From: an uncultured Actinomycetes bacterium
GTDB lineage: Bacteria; Actinomycetota; Actinomycetes; S36-B12
Assembly: GCA_903960135.1 (NCBI GenBank)
Contig: CAJBZP010000106.1
Location: forward strand, 352 to 64,351
Direction of reading: 5' to 3'
DNA: 64,000 nt
In this document: positions 18,763 to 27,371 of the stretch, piece after piece
Layout: every line of letters begins with the position of its first letter
How positions within the stretch are numbered: position 1 is the first letter of the stretch
Program-made: the position numbers and the translations under genes
The notes under the pieces: model-generated
Seen by the model: only the letters and a program-made list of their open reading frames with translations
Databases searched by the model: none
What the model was told of the DNA's origin: nothing

Positions 18763-19271
18763 CTTCTATCCAAACGGTCTTGGCGCTCGGTGCCAACCTC
18801 GGTGACCGGCTGGCGGCACTACGTGGTGCGATCACGGCGTTAGGGCTGCAGCCGGGCATAACTATTGAATCGGTATCGAGTTTTTATCAGACGGATCCCG
18901 TCGGTGGACCCGAGCAACCGGTATACCTGAATGCGGTAGTACTGGCGAGGACAACACTGACGGCGGCGGAGCTCCTAGCGGTTGCCCACGAGATTGAAGA
19001 CTCCTGGCACCGTACCCGCGAGGTGCGCTGGGGTGCGCGCACTTTGGACATTGACATCATTACCTACGGTGATCTGATAGCACTGGATGAGATTTTGACT
19101 TTGCCGCATCCACGGGCCGGTGAACGCGAATTCGTCCTGGTGCCGTGGCTAGAGGTCGATCCGAATGCGGTGCTACCGGGGATCGGACCGGTGCACGAGT
19201 TAGCGGCCGCCGTGGCCACCGGTGCGGTACGCCTGTTAGAGGCCCGGCCATTTATAGAGTTGAACCCGTGA
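18759..19271 (+). CDS. folK: 2-amino-4-hydroxy-6-hydroxymethyldihydropteridine diphosphokinase
   Basis: ALGANLGDR, WGARTLDIDII, LPHPRAGEREFVLVPW. Confidence 0.9.
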   Translation: MTSIQTVLALGANLGDRLAALRGAITALGLQPGITIESVSSFYQTDPVGGPEQPVYLNAVVLARTTLTAAELLAVAHEIEDSWHRTREVRWGARTLDIDIITYGDLIALDEILTLPHPRAGEREFVLVPWLEVDPNAVLPGIGPVHELAAAVATGAVRLLEARPFIELNP

Positions 19272-19281
19272 GCGGGCTGAA

Positions 19282-19749
19282 GTGAAGCCGACCAAAGTTC
19301 GGCTGCTCCTAACGCTGGCGGTGTTGGCCGGGGCCATTGGCTGGGGTGCGGTGTCCTTAATACAAGGGCAATCCGGACGCATCTTGCCGGTGCCGTGGTT
19401 GGCAGCCAGCACCATGTGGATCTTGGCGCTGGCATTGGGTATTTGGACTTTGCTCGCGCGCCCACGCCTCCAGCGTCGGCCCGGCACAAAATCATTGCCA
19501 CCTATTGTCGCTGCGCGCACCGCCGCATTGGCGATGGCTGCTTCGCGGACCGGCTCCCTAGTAGGCGGGTTTTATCTCGGGGTCGCCCTTGCCGCCCTGC
19601 CGGCACGGTTCACGGCCGCGGGCATAGACACGCTCTGGGCGGCCTCGGGCACCGCGGCCGGATCCTTGCTATTGGTGGTCGCTGCGCTCTGGCTGGAGCA
19701 TATTTGCCGGTTGCCCATCGACGATGACGACGGCTTGGGTGCCAGATAG
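19282..19749 (+). CDS. DUF3180-type membrane protein
   Basis: 155 aa with 4 TM segments. It occupies the conserved position after folK in actinobacteria (from memory). Confidence 0.65.
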   Translation: MKPTKVRLLLTLAVLAGAIGWGAVSLIQGQSGRILPVPWLAASTMWILALALGIWTLLARPRLQRRPGTKSLPPIVAARTAALAMAASRTGSLVGGFYLGVALAALPARFTAAGIDTLWAASGTAAGSLLLVVAALWLEHICRLPIDDDDGLGAR

Positions 19750-19759
19750 AGTCAGCACC

Positions 19760-20044
19760 ATGAGTGAAGTTCTTGAAGACCTGCCCTTTGACGAATTGCG
19801 CCAACGCGCGTTCCACGTCGCCGAAAAGCGCTTTGACCTCGGGTTCTTCACCGACCTCTTCGGGCACATGCCGGGCATGGTGGCGATCGAAGGCGAGGGT
19901 GGTGACCTCGGGGCGGTCGGCGGGACTTTTATTGAGACGGTCAAGGCAGTGCGAGAGATGATGGGCGATGATCCGCTGGACCCCACCACCGAAGCGCTGC
20001 TTCGTGCGCGGTTCGCAACTTATCTTCGCGAACACGAGAAATAA
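19760..20044 (+). CDS. hypothetical acidic protein (94 aa)
   Basis: ORF with coding-like composition. The start is taken at the ATG after the DUF3180 gene. No recognisable motif. Confidence 0.5.
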   Translation: MSEVLEDLPFDELRQRAFHVAEKRFDLGFFTDLFGHMPGMVAIEGEGGDLGAVGGTFIETVKAVREMMGDDPLDPTTEALLRARFATYLREHEK

Positions 20045-20074
20045 CGCGCGAGCCAGCGCGCAGCAAATCGGCAC

Positions 20075-21187
20075 CTAGCGATCGATATCGCCGACCACGA
20101 AGAAGAATGACATCAACGCATCCCCAAGATCAGCGAGCGGTAAGCCGATGACCGCCGCAGCCATCGCCTGCACATTACTTAGGGATGGGGTTCGAAGTTT
20201 GAGGCGCCACGGTGATTTAGCGCCGATGCTGACCAGCAGGTAACCACTAACTCCAAGCGGACCCTCTACTTGCCCATAAGTTGTGCTCTCCGGGACTTTT
20301 ACCACTTTTGGTAGCGGCACATTTATTTCGCCACCACCGAGTGCATTGTCGGTGCATGCCAACATCAAGTTCAACGACACCGGAATCTGCTCAAGGAGCA
20401 TGCGGTAGCGCGCTGGTAAATCCCCATCGGTTGAGGTTGGCACCAGTAAGAACTCCGTTAACTCGCCGTATGCCAGGTACGGCTCATCGCGCCGCAGGTC
20501 AAGGTCCACACCGCTTGCACGCCCAACCGGGCCGGTAACCCCGAACGTGAGGGCATCGGTGCGCGACAGGACTGCCCGGCCAGCAAAGTTGGCGGTTGCG
20601 GATTCGGTAACTGCACTGATGGCAGGAAGTCGCGCGATGAGTTCGGCGGTGATAATTTGCAGTTCCGCCACCCATTCTTGGGTCAACGGGTGCGCGAGCC
20701 CACCGATGCGGTTGATCATGGGATGCACTCGCCCGCCGCTTGCCGACTCCTGCAGGGCCAGGAACTTTTCGCGTAATTGCAATAGCGGTAGATCCCTTGT
20801 CGGGGCACCAAGTAAGAGAAGTGATGCGGAGACGCGATTCATCTCGGCGAGAAGTGTGCGCGTCCAGGTCGCTCGCGGTGGGGGAATGATCCCCATGGCT
20901 GCCTCAACCGTGAGGGCTACGCCCAGCTCGGACGAAAATGCCGAGAGCCAGTCATGTCGATTGGCAAGCATCATGATCTGGCGGTAGTCGCGTGCCTCGA
21001 AGAGCTTTTCGGCACTTCGATGCAGCAATCCAACCTGCGGATCAGCGGCCCCGATCAAGCCTTGGTCATCAAGGGTCAATCGAATTTGTAGCGCGGCATG
21101 TGACGCGGGATGAAGGTCATCGAGCTCTAGGACAACATCATGGTCTAGGTAACGCGCTGCTCCGACCGCAACCAATAACTCCTGCAC
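20075..21187 (-). CDS. orphan NuoD/Nqo4/NDUFS2-like protein (NADH-quinone oxidoreductase subunit D paralogue)
   Basis: HPASHAAL (cf. HPSTHGVL), GLLHRSAEK (cf. LHRGxEK), RHDWLSAF (cf. RMDYLHSF), C-terminal FFVVGDIDR. No other nuo genes are nearby. Confidence 0.8.
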   Translation of the reverse strand: MQELLVAVGAARYLDHDVVLELDDLHPASHAALQIRLTLDDQGLIGAADPQVGLLHRSAEKLFEARDYRQIMMLANRHDWLSAFSSELGVALTVEAAMGIIPPPRATWTRTLLAEMNRVSASLLLLGAPTRDLPLLQLREKFLALQESASGGRVHPMINRIGGLAHPLTQEWVAELQIITAELIARLPAISAVTESATANFAGRAVLSRTDALTFGVTGPVGRASGVDLDLRRDEPYLAYGELTEFLLVPTSTDGDLPARYRMLLEQIPVSLNLMLACTDNALGGGEINVPLPKVVKVPESTTYGQVEGPLGVSGYLLVSIGAKSPWRLKLRTPSLSNVQAMAAAVIGLPLADLGDALMSFFFVVGDIDR

Positions 21188-21199
21188 CGGCTCATCTTG

Positions 21200-22120
21200 T
21201 CAGGTAACAGAAAACTCCTGGGTCAACCAGAGGAAGTCCCCCAGGCCACCGGGCTTTGCCACGTGCCCCCCGCGGAGCACCTCGGCCTGCCGCTGGACCG
21301 TGGACTCACGCGCTAGCCGCGCGGCGGCAACCGCATCCATAGCAACATGCGCGGTGATATTGCAGGAGCCGTCGGGGATAGGACTCACCGCGCGGCCAGC
21401 ACGAAAGCCCGTCAAGGTGCCGCCATCCCAAGTTCCGGCAGCGCGCTCGGCGCGCAGGTGCCCGTAATCAATGGCGATGGCGATGCCATCTGTTATCCAC
21501 CCCGTCAGGTGCTGCCAAGTAGCGTCACGGGTGTTGCCGAACTCCCCGCGCATGAAAGGTCTACGGGCCGGCCACCACGTATCCAGCCAGTTGCGTAGTT
21601 CAGCCGCGTTGACCTCCAGGTGCGCGCAGGCGATGTCATCTGCCAACCGCGGCCCCATCATTGACTCACCGGACACGACCACAACCAGGTGCACCTCACC
21701 CCACTCATCAACCTCAAATCTTTCGCACGGGATATCGTCCAAAAACTCGTGCGCGATAACTACCCGGCGTGCTGGTTGCAGCGCTATCGCACGCGCGTCA
21801 CCCGCTGTCCACCCCACCGTCGGTGGCAGCCGCTCGGGCGCGGGCCGAAGATCGATTGCCTCAAAGCTGATCCACGGCCGGTCACCTAACCGGTCAGCAA
21901 GGGTCTGAGTCAATTGCCCGGCACCGGCACCGACATCGGTGACAATCAGCTCAGTGCCGTCATCGAAACCCGTGATTAAGTCGGTAATTGCTGACCCGAC
22001 TTCGGTGTTGAACGTCACTGAGGTTGTGAAGTGATTTGTCGGCGGGTGATCACGGTAAAAACTGTTGGCTCCGGTAAGAGTGTGTTCCCAGGCTTGTCGC
22101 CATGATTGCTGATTAGCCAC
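21200..22120 (-). CDS. MidA/NDUFAF7-like (DUF185) SAM-dependent methyltransferase
   Basis: SAM-binding VTDVGAGAGQL, AHEFLDDIPCERF, IAIDYGH, CNITAHVAMD. It lies 12 bp upstream of the NuoD-like gene and is co-directional with it. Confidence 0.7.
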   Translation of the reverse strand: MANQQSWRQAWEHTLTGANSFYRDHPPTNHFTTSVTFNTEVGSAITDLITGFDDGTELIVTDVGAGAGQLTQTLADRLGDRPWISFEAIDLRPAPERLPPTVGWTAGDARAIALQPARRVVIAHEFLDDIPCERFEVDEWGEVHLVVVVSGESMMGPRLADDIACAHLEVNAAELRNWLDTWWPARRPFMRGEFGNTRDATWQHLTGWITDGIAIAIDYGHLRAERAAGTWDGGTLTGFRAGRAVSPIPDGSCNITAHVAMDAVAAARLARESTVQRQAEVLRGGHVAKPGGLGDFLWLTQEFSVT

Positions 22121-22151
22121 GACACATTAGGTTAGTGGCGGGTGGGAGTCG

Positions 22152-23093
22152 GTGCCGCGGAGCGGGCGCGATTGGTGCGAGGCGGTCACCTGCCTCTACG
22201 CTCACCATGTGAACGAACTCGGCCCACCCCGACTGCGAATCGGCATTATTGGCGCCGGTCGGGCCGGGGCGGTGTTGGGGGCAGCGCTGCGCCGCGCGGG
22301 TCACCAAGTCCTCGCGGTATCGGCGGTCTCGGACTTATCGAGATTGCGCGCCGAGGCGCTGCTGCCGGGGGTGCCGATCACCGATGCGCCGGGGGCCACC
22401 AAGGATGTCGATCTGGTGCTCGTCGCGGTACCCGATGACATCTTGCCAAGTCTGGTTGCCGGCCTTGCCGAAACGGGCCATGTCCACCCGGGGCAGTTTT
22501 GGATACATCCCGCAGGCCGTTACGGCATTTCCGTACTAGCGCCGGTAACTCAACATGGTGCCGTGCCGATTGCCGTGCATCCGATCATGACTTTCACCGG
22601 CACCAGTGTTGATTTAGCACGATTAGCCGACTGCCCATTCGGGGTGAGTGCTCCGACAGCGATGCGCCCGATCGCCGAAGCCTTAGTAGTTGAAATGGGT
22701 GGTGACCCGGTCTGGGTCCCGGAGGAGTCTCGCGCCCTGTATCACGCGGCACTTGCGTATGGATCGAATTATCTGATCACTTTGGTGGCGCAATCTGTTG
22801 AACTGCTAAAAGTGGCTGGGATTGAAAATCCGCAGCAGCTGATCGCACCGCTACTTAGTGCCTCGCTGGATAATGCCTTGCGGCTAGGGGATCAGGCGTT
22901 AACCGGGCCGGTTGCTCGCGGTGATGCCGCATCTGTCGCCGCCCACCTCGAAGTAATTGCTCAGGTTTCTGAACAAAGCGCGGCTGGTTACCGGGCGCTG
23001 GGTCGACTGACGGCCGACCGAGCCGTGGGCGCCGGGCTGCTTAGCCCGCAGGCTGCCGAACCCTTGCTGGAAGTCCTGGGTGAGGTGCGGTGA
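22152..23093 (+). CDS. Rossmann-like / DUF2520 domain oxidoreductase (putative ketopantoate reductase-type)
   Basis: IGIIGAGRAGAVLG dinucleotide motif. Translationally coupled (GTGA) to panC. An alternative GTG start lies at 22209. Confidence 0.7.
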   Translation: MPRSGRDWCEAVTCLYAHHVNELGPPRLRIGIIGAGRAGAVLGAALRRAGHQVLAVSAVSDLSRLRAEALLPGVPITDAPGATKDVDLVLVAVPDDILPSLVAGLAETGHVHPGQFWIHPAGRYGISVLAPVTQHGAVPIAVHPIMTFTGTSVDLARLADCPFGVSAPTAMRPIAEALVVEMGGDPVWVPEESRALYHAALAYGSNYLITLVAQSVELLKVAGIENPQQLIAPLLSASLDNALRLGDQALTGPVARGDAASVAAHLEVIAQVSEQSAAGYRALGRLTADRAVGAGLLSPQAAEPLLEVLGEVR

Positions 23094-23944
23094 CTTATCT
23101 CGTGCATTTCCACCGGGAAATTCCCGCACTGTGCCGGGGCGAAATCGCGGTCGTCATGACAATGGGTGCATTGCATGAAGGCCACGCAGAGTTGATGCGT
23201 AGAGCACGCGAATGCGTAGGTGCCGATGGCACCGTCATCGTCACGGTATTCGTCAATCCGACGCAGTTCGGTGCGGGTGAGGATTTCGACAAGTATCCGC
23301 GCACCCTGGAGAGCGACTTGCAGGTTTGTCGAGTGAATGCTGCGGACATTGTGTATGCGCCGGATGCACTGGACGTCTACGGCACCGCGAATATGGCAGA
23401 ACTACCCGAAAGGGAAATGGTTGATGCCGGTCCGATCGGACTCATTTTGGAAGGTGCTTCGCGGCCCGGCCATTTTCGCGGCATGTTGACCGTGGTGCGC
23501 AGACTGCAGCAGTTGACCGGCGCACATTTTGCGACATTTGGCGAGAAGGACTACCAGCAAATGGTTCTAGTCACCCAAATGTTTGCGGAGTACGAGGTTC
23601 CAGTGCGGGTGGTACCGGTGCTGACCGTGCGTGAACCCGATGGGTTGGCCTTGAGTAGCCGCAATCGTTACCTTTCGAAGACCGAGCGTGCCCAAGCCGC
23701 GTTGCTCCCGCGGGCGGTCACGGCGGCGGTTGCCAGTGCACAATATGGGCAGGCAGCGGCGCTCGCTGCTGGGTTGGAAGTTCTTTCTAGGGAGCCAGCG
23801 ATAACGGTTGACTACTTCGCGGTGACCGCACCGGATCTGGGGCCGGCTCCGGCCCGTGGGCCCGGTCGGGTGGTGGTTGCGGTGCGGATTGGGGCTACCA
23901 GGTTGCTCGATAATGCGCCATGTGATCTGGGTGTGGCTAAATGA
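23090..23944 (+). CDS. panC: pantoate--beta-alanine ligase
   Basis: MTMGALHEGHAELMR (HIGH-like), VTVFVNPTQFG, FGEKDYQQ. Confidence 0.9.
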   Translation: MTYLVHFHREIPALCRGEIAVVMTMGALHEGHAELMRRARECVGADGTVIVTVFVNPTQFGAGEDFDKYPRTLESDLQVCRVNAADIVYAPDALDVYGTANMAELPEREMVDAGPIGLILEGASRPGHFRGMLTVVRRLQQLTGAHFATFGEKDYQQMVLVTQMFAEYEVPVRVVPVLTVREPDGLALSSRNRYLSKTERAQAALLPRAVTAAVASAQYGQAAALAAGLEVLSREPAITVDYFAVTAPDLGPAPARGPGRVVVAVRIGATRLLDNAPCDLGVAK

Positions 23945-25617
23945 GCGGCCAGGAGGTGAGCAGCCCACGGCTCACCGCGCGGTTGCGCGCAGACCACCCC
24001 GGCTGGACCGCGCGCGCCGATGTTGTCGTCGTAGGTTCCGGAGTCGCAGGGCTTACCGCCGCACTGCATGCTCGGGCCGCGCGCAAGACGGTGCTACTTG
24101 TGACCAAGGCCCAAGTAACTGAAGGGTCGACGCGCTGGGCTCAAGGCGGTATTGCGGCAGCGATGGCCGAAGACGATTCGCCGCAGGAGCATCTGCAGGA
24201 CACCTTGGTTGCCGGGGTGGGGTTGTGCAATGAGCAGGCGGTGCAAGTGCTTGTTACCCAAGGGCCGGAAGCGGTGCGCGAGTTGATCACTTTCGGTGCG
24301 CATTTTGATCTCGATGCCACCGGCCAGATTTCCCTAACCCGGGAAGGTGGGCACCTGCGTGATCGCATTGCCCACGCTGGTGGTGATGCCACCGGGGCTG
24401 AAGTCTCCCGCACCTTGGTCGCAGCGGTTGCCGCAGACCCGGGGATCGAAGTAGTCGAGAATGCACTTGTCTTGGATCTATTGCTTGATGAAGTAGGTGC
24501 TGCCCAAGGGGTTACCCTGCACGTAGTCGGCACCGGGCAACGCGGCGGGATTGGTGCCGCACTCGCCCCGAGCGTAGTTCTTGCTGCCGGTGGCTTCGGT
24601 CAAGTCTTCTTGCAGTCAACTAATCCGTATGTCGCAACCGGTGATGGTGTTGCGCTGGCACTTAGGGCTGGCGCAGATGTTGCTGATCTTGAATTCGTGC
24701 AGTTTCACCCGACGGTGCTGTGGCTTGGGCCACTTGCACAGGGGCAGCAGCCACTCGTCTCTGAAGCGGTTCGTGGGGAGGGCGCGGTGCTCCTTGACGG
24801 GAGCGGCACGCGTTTCATGCTTGATGAACACCCACTTGCTGACTTGGCTCCACGTGATGTCGTCGCGAAAGCGATCATGCGCCGGATGCGCGAAACCGGT
24901 GCCGCGCATGTTTGGCTTGATGGTCGTGCCCTGGGTGCCGATCTTTGGGTGCGGCGCTTTCCCACGATATTGGAGTCCTGTCGAACCCGAGGCATCGATC
25001 CGGTTACCGATCTCATCCCGGTGTCCCCGGCCCAGCACTTTGCCTCCGGGGGGGTGCTCACCGATCTTTGGGGCCGCACCTCGATCCCTGGCCTATTTGC
25101 CTGCGGTGAAGTTGCCTGCACCGGGGTGCACGGTGCCAACAGGTTGGCATCAAACTCGCTACTCGAAGGTTTGGTCTTCGCCAATCGCATTGGCGAGGTG
25201 CTAGCGGAGGAGCACCCGATCGTGCGCGAGCCGGTGCAGACGCCCGCGACGAAGGAACTGCTGCCAAATAGCGTGCGTCGAGATATTCAACGCACGATGG
25301 ATCAACATGCCGGTGTCCTACGCAGCCGCGCCTCCCTTGAGCGGGCGACCAAGGAGCTCATGGCACTCGGGACCGAGACTGGTGCCAAGCCATGCACCGA
25401 AGACTGGGAGACCACGAATATTCATGCGTTAGCCAGCGTGTTAGTGCACCATGCGTTGCTACGTGAGGAAACTCGCGGCTCGCATTGGCGCGAGGATTTT
25501 CCCGACCGCGATGATCAAGGTTGGCGCATGCGGTTAGTTTCAAGGCTAGGTGAGCAGGGGCAACTGGAGACTCGGCGAATAGGTGTTGATGCGAACTCCG
25601 GTAGCGACCATGATTGA
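23941..25617 (+). CDS. nadB: L-aspartate oxidase
   Basis: FAD motif VVVGSGVAGLTAAL, STRWAQGGIAA, HPTVL, RLASNSLLEG, ETRGSHWRED. ATGA overlap with panC. Confidence 0.93.
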   Translation: MSGQEVSSPRLTARLRADHPGWTARADVVVVGSGVAGLTAALHARAARKTVLLVTKAQVTEGSTRWAQGGIAAAMAEDDSPQEHLQDTLVAGVGLCNEQAVQVLVTQGPEAVRELITFGAHFDLDATGQISLTREGGHLRDRIAHAGGDATGAEVSRTLVAAVAADPGIEVVENALVLDLLLDEVGAAQGVTLHVVGTGQRGGIGAALAPSVVLAAGGFGQVFLQSTNPYVATGDGVALALRAGADVADLEFVQFHPTVLWLGPLAQGQQPLVSEAVRGEGAVLLDGSGTRFMLDEHPLADLAPRDVVAKAIMRRMRETGAAHVWLDGRALGADLWVRRFPTILESCRTRGIDPVTDLIPVSPAQHFASGGVLTDLWGRTSIPGLFACGEVACTGVHGANRLASNSLLEGLVFANRIGEVLAEEHPIVREPVQTPATKELLPNSVRRDIQRTMDQHAGVLRSRASLERATKELMALGTETGAKPCTEDWETTNIHALASVLVHHALLREETRGSHWREDFPDRDDQGWRMRLVSRLGEQGQLETRRIGVDANSGSDHD

Positions 25618-26488
25618 GTCGACACTCGCTGCACTAGTTGCCGCCGGTCTTGACCCGGTTGCGGTTGACCGGCTAGTTGAAACAGCACTTGCTGAGGATC
25701 TGGCCGGCGGCGAAGACGTAACAACGGTGGCCACCGTGCCGGTTGACCAACGCGCGACCCTTGACCTTGTGGCTCGGCAGGGGGGTGTGGCCGCGGGTAT
25801 CCCGGTTGCCGTTGCGGTATTCGAATACGTCAACCCGACCCTTCAAGTCCAAGCCATGGTGAGCGACGGGGACCGAGTTGAACCGGGATCCGTGCTCATT
25901 TCAATTACCGGCCCGACCCACGATCTTCTGCGGGCTGAAAGGCCGGCACTTAATCTCCTTGGCCACCTTGGCGGCATCGCTACCTTGACCGCTGCGTGGG
26001 TCACGGCGATTGCCGGCACCGGGGCGGCTGTTCGCGATACCCGCAAGACCACTCCAGGTATGCGGGCGCTGGAGAAATATGCGGTGCGGTGCGGTGGCGG
26101 ACAAAATCACCGCATGTCACTTTCAGACGCAGCATTGGTCAAGGACAACCACGTGCTTGCCGCCGGCGGTGTCGCGCAAGCATTCGCGGCGGTCCGGGCG
26201 AGGTATCCGAAGCTACCGGTTGAAGTGGAAGTTGACTCACTTCAGCAACTTGATGAAGTACTGGTGGCAGGCGCCGATCTCGTACTTCTTGATAACTTTG
26301 ACGTCGAGCAATTACGTATTGCGGTCCAACGAACCCGCGGTCGCGCGAAGCTTGAGGCCTCGGGTGGGCTGAGCCTGGATGTGGCTGCCGCGGTGGCTGA
26401 AACCGGGGTGGACTACCTTGCGGTTGGTGCATTGACGCACTCGGCACCGGTATTGGATATCGGTGCGGACTTAAGGCAGGAGATTTAA
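25610..26488 (+). CDS. nadC: nicotinate-nucleotide pyrophosphorylase (carboxylating)
   Basis: AERPALNLLGHLGGIAT, TRKTTPGMRALEKYAVRCGGGQNHR, MLDNF, SGG. The start is taken at the ATG overlapping the nadB 3' end. Confidence 0.9.
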   Translation: MIESTLAALVAAGLDPVAVDRLVETALAEDLAGGEDVTTVATVPVDQRATLDLVARQGGVAAGIPVAVAVFEYVNPTLQVQAMVSDGDRVEPGSVLISITGPTHDLLRAERPALNLLGHLGGIATLTAAWVTAIAGTGAAVRDTRKTTPGMRALEKYAVRCGGGQNHRMSLSDAALVKDNHVLAAGGVAQAFAAVRARYPKLPVEVEVDSLQQLDEVLVAGADLVLLDNFDVEQLRIAVQRTRGRAKLEASGGLSLDVAAAVAETGVDYLAVGALTHSAPVLDIGADLRQEI

Positions 26489-27244
26489 GTGCTGCTAGCC
26501 ATTGACGTTGGTAATACCAACACGGTGCTGGGATTGTTCGATGGTGAGCACCTGACCGCCTCTTGGCGGATCAAGACCGATGGCCTTACCACCGCTGACG
26601 AACTAGTGCTTACCTACCGAGGCCTGCTAGCAGGTCAGGCGAATGTCACCGGCATTGCGCTGTGCAGCACGGTACCCGCGGTTTTAAGTGAGATGCGCTT
26701 GATGCTCGACCGCTATTACGGTGGAATCCCCACCATCATCATCGAGCCCGGTGTCAAGACCGGAGTGCCGATCTTGACCGACAATCCAAAAGAGGTTGGC
26801 GCCGACCGCATCGTCAATACCCTTGCCGCGCACCATCTTTTTGGCGGTCCATGCATTGTTGTTGATTTCGGCACATCGACGAACCTCGATGTGGTGTCTG
26901 CGAAAGGTGAGTTCTTGGGCGGGGCGTTGGCGCCCGGCATTGAGATTTCCCTTGACGCGCTCGCTCAGCGTGCGGCGCAATTACGCAAGGTTGAGTTGGT
27001 GACTCCGCGGTCGCCAATAGGGAAGAACACCGTAGAGGCGCTTCAGTCGGGTGCACTTTACGGGTTCGCGGGTCAAGTTGATGGCTTGGTCGATCGAATC
27101 CGTGAGGAATTGGACACGCTGACCGCGGTCGTGGCAACCGGTGGGTTGGCGCCGATCGTGGTTCCGGAGTCGCGCACCATCACCAATCATGAGCCGGACC
27201 TAACTTTGATCGGCCTGCGGTTGGTATTCGAGAAGAATCAGTAG
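26489..27244 (+). CDS. coaX: type III pantothenate kinase
   Basis: [41 protein letters not shown] start directly after the nadC stop. Confidence 0.9.
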   Translation: MLLAIDVGNTNTVLGLFDGEHLTASWRIKTDGLTTADELVLTYRGLLAGQANVTGIALCSTVPAVLSEMRLMLDRYYGGIPTIIIEPGVKTGVPILTDNPKEVGADRIVNTLAAHHLFGGPCIVVDFGTSTNLDVVSAKGEFLGGALAPGIEISLDALAQRAAQLRKVELVTPRSPIGKNTVEALQSGALYGFAGQVDGLVDRIREELDTLTAVVATGGLAPIVVPESRTITNHEPDLTLIGLRLVFEKNQ

Positions 27245-27371
27245 CCAGGAGACCAGGGGTGCCTTAGCTCGTCCGGGAAATACATGAGGCCATCCCCACC
27301 TTTTGGCTTACCGCACCAGATCGGGTGTGCGCTGGCTGGTATTTTGCCGCTCAACATCGCATGATCTTGGC

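Noticed and set aside
20547-20987. 146-aa plus-strand ORF, and similar ORFs at 21347-21908.
   Set aside because: They are antisense to the NuoD-like and MidA-like genes, both of which carry family motifs in the minus frame.
27284-27364. 26-codon mini-ORF (MRPSPPFGLPHQIGCALAGILPLNIA) in the leader of the GH18-like gene.
   Set aside because: It has no RBS and no recognisable leader-peptide logic, and it could arise by chance in a 127-bp gap.
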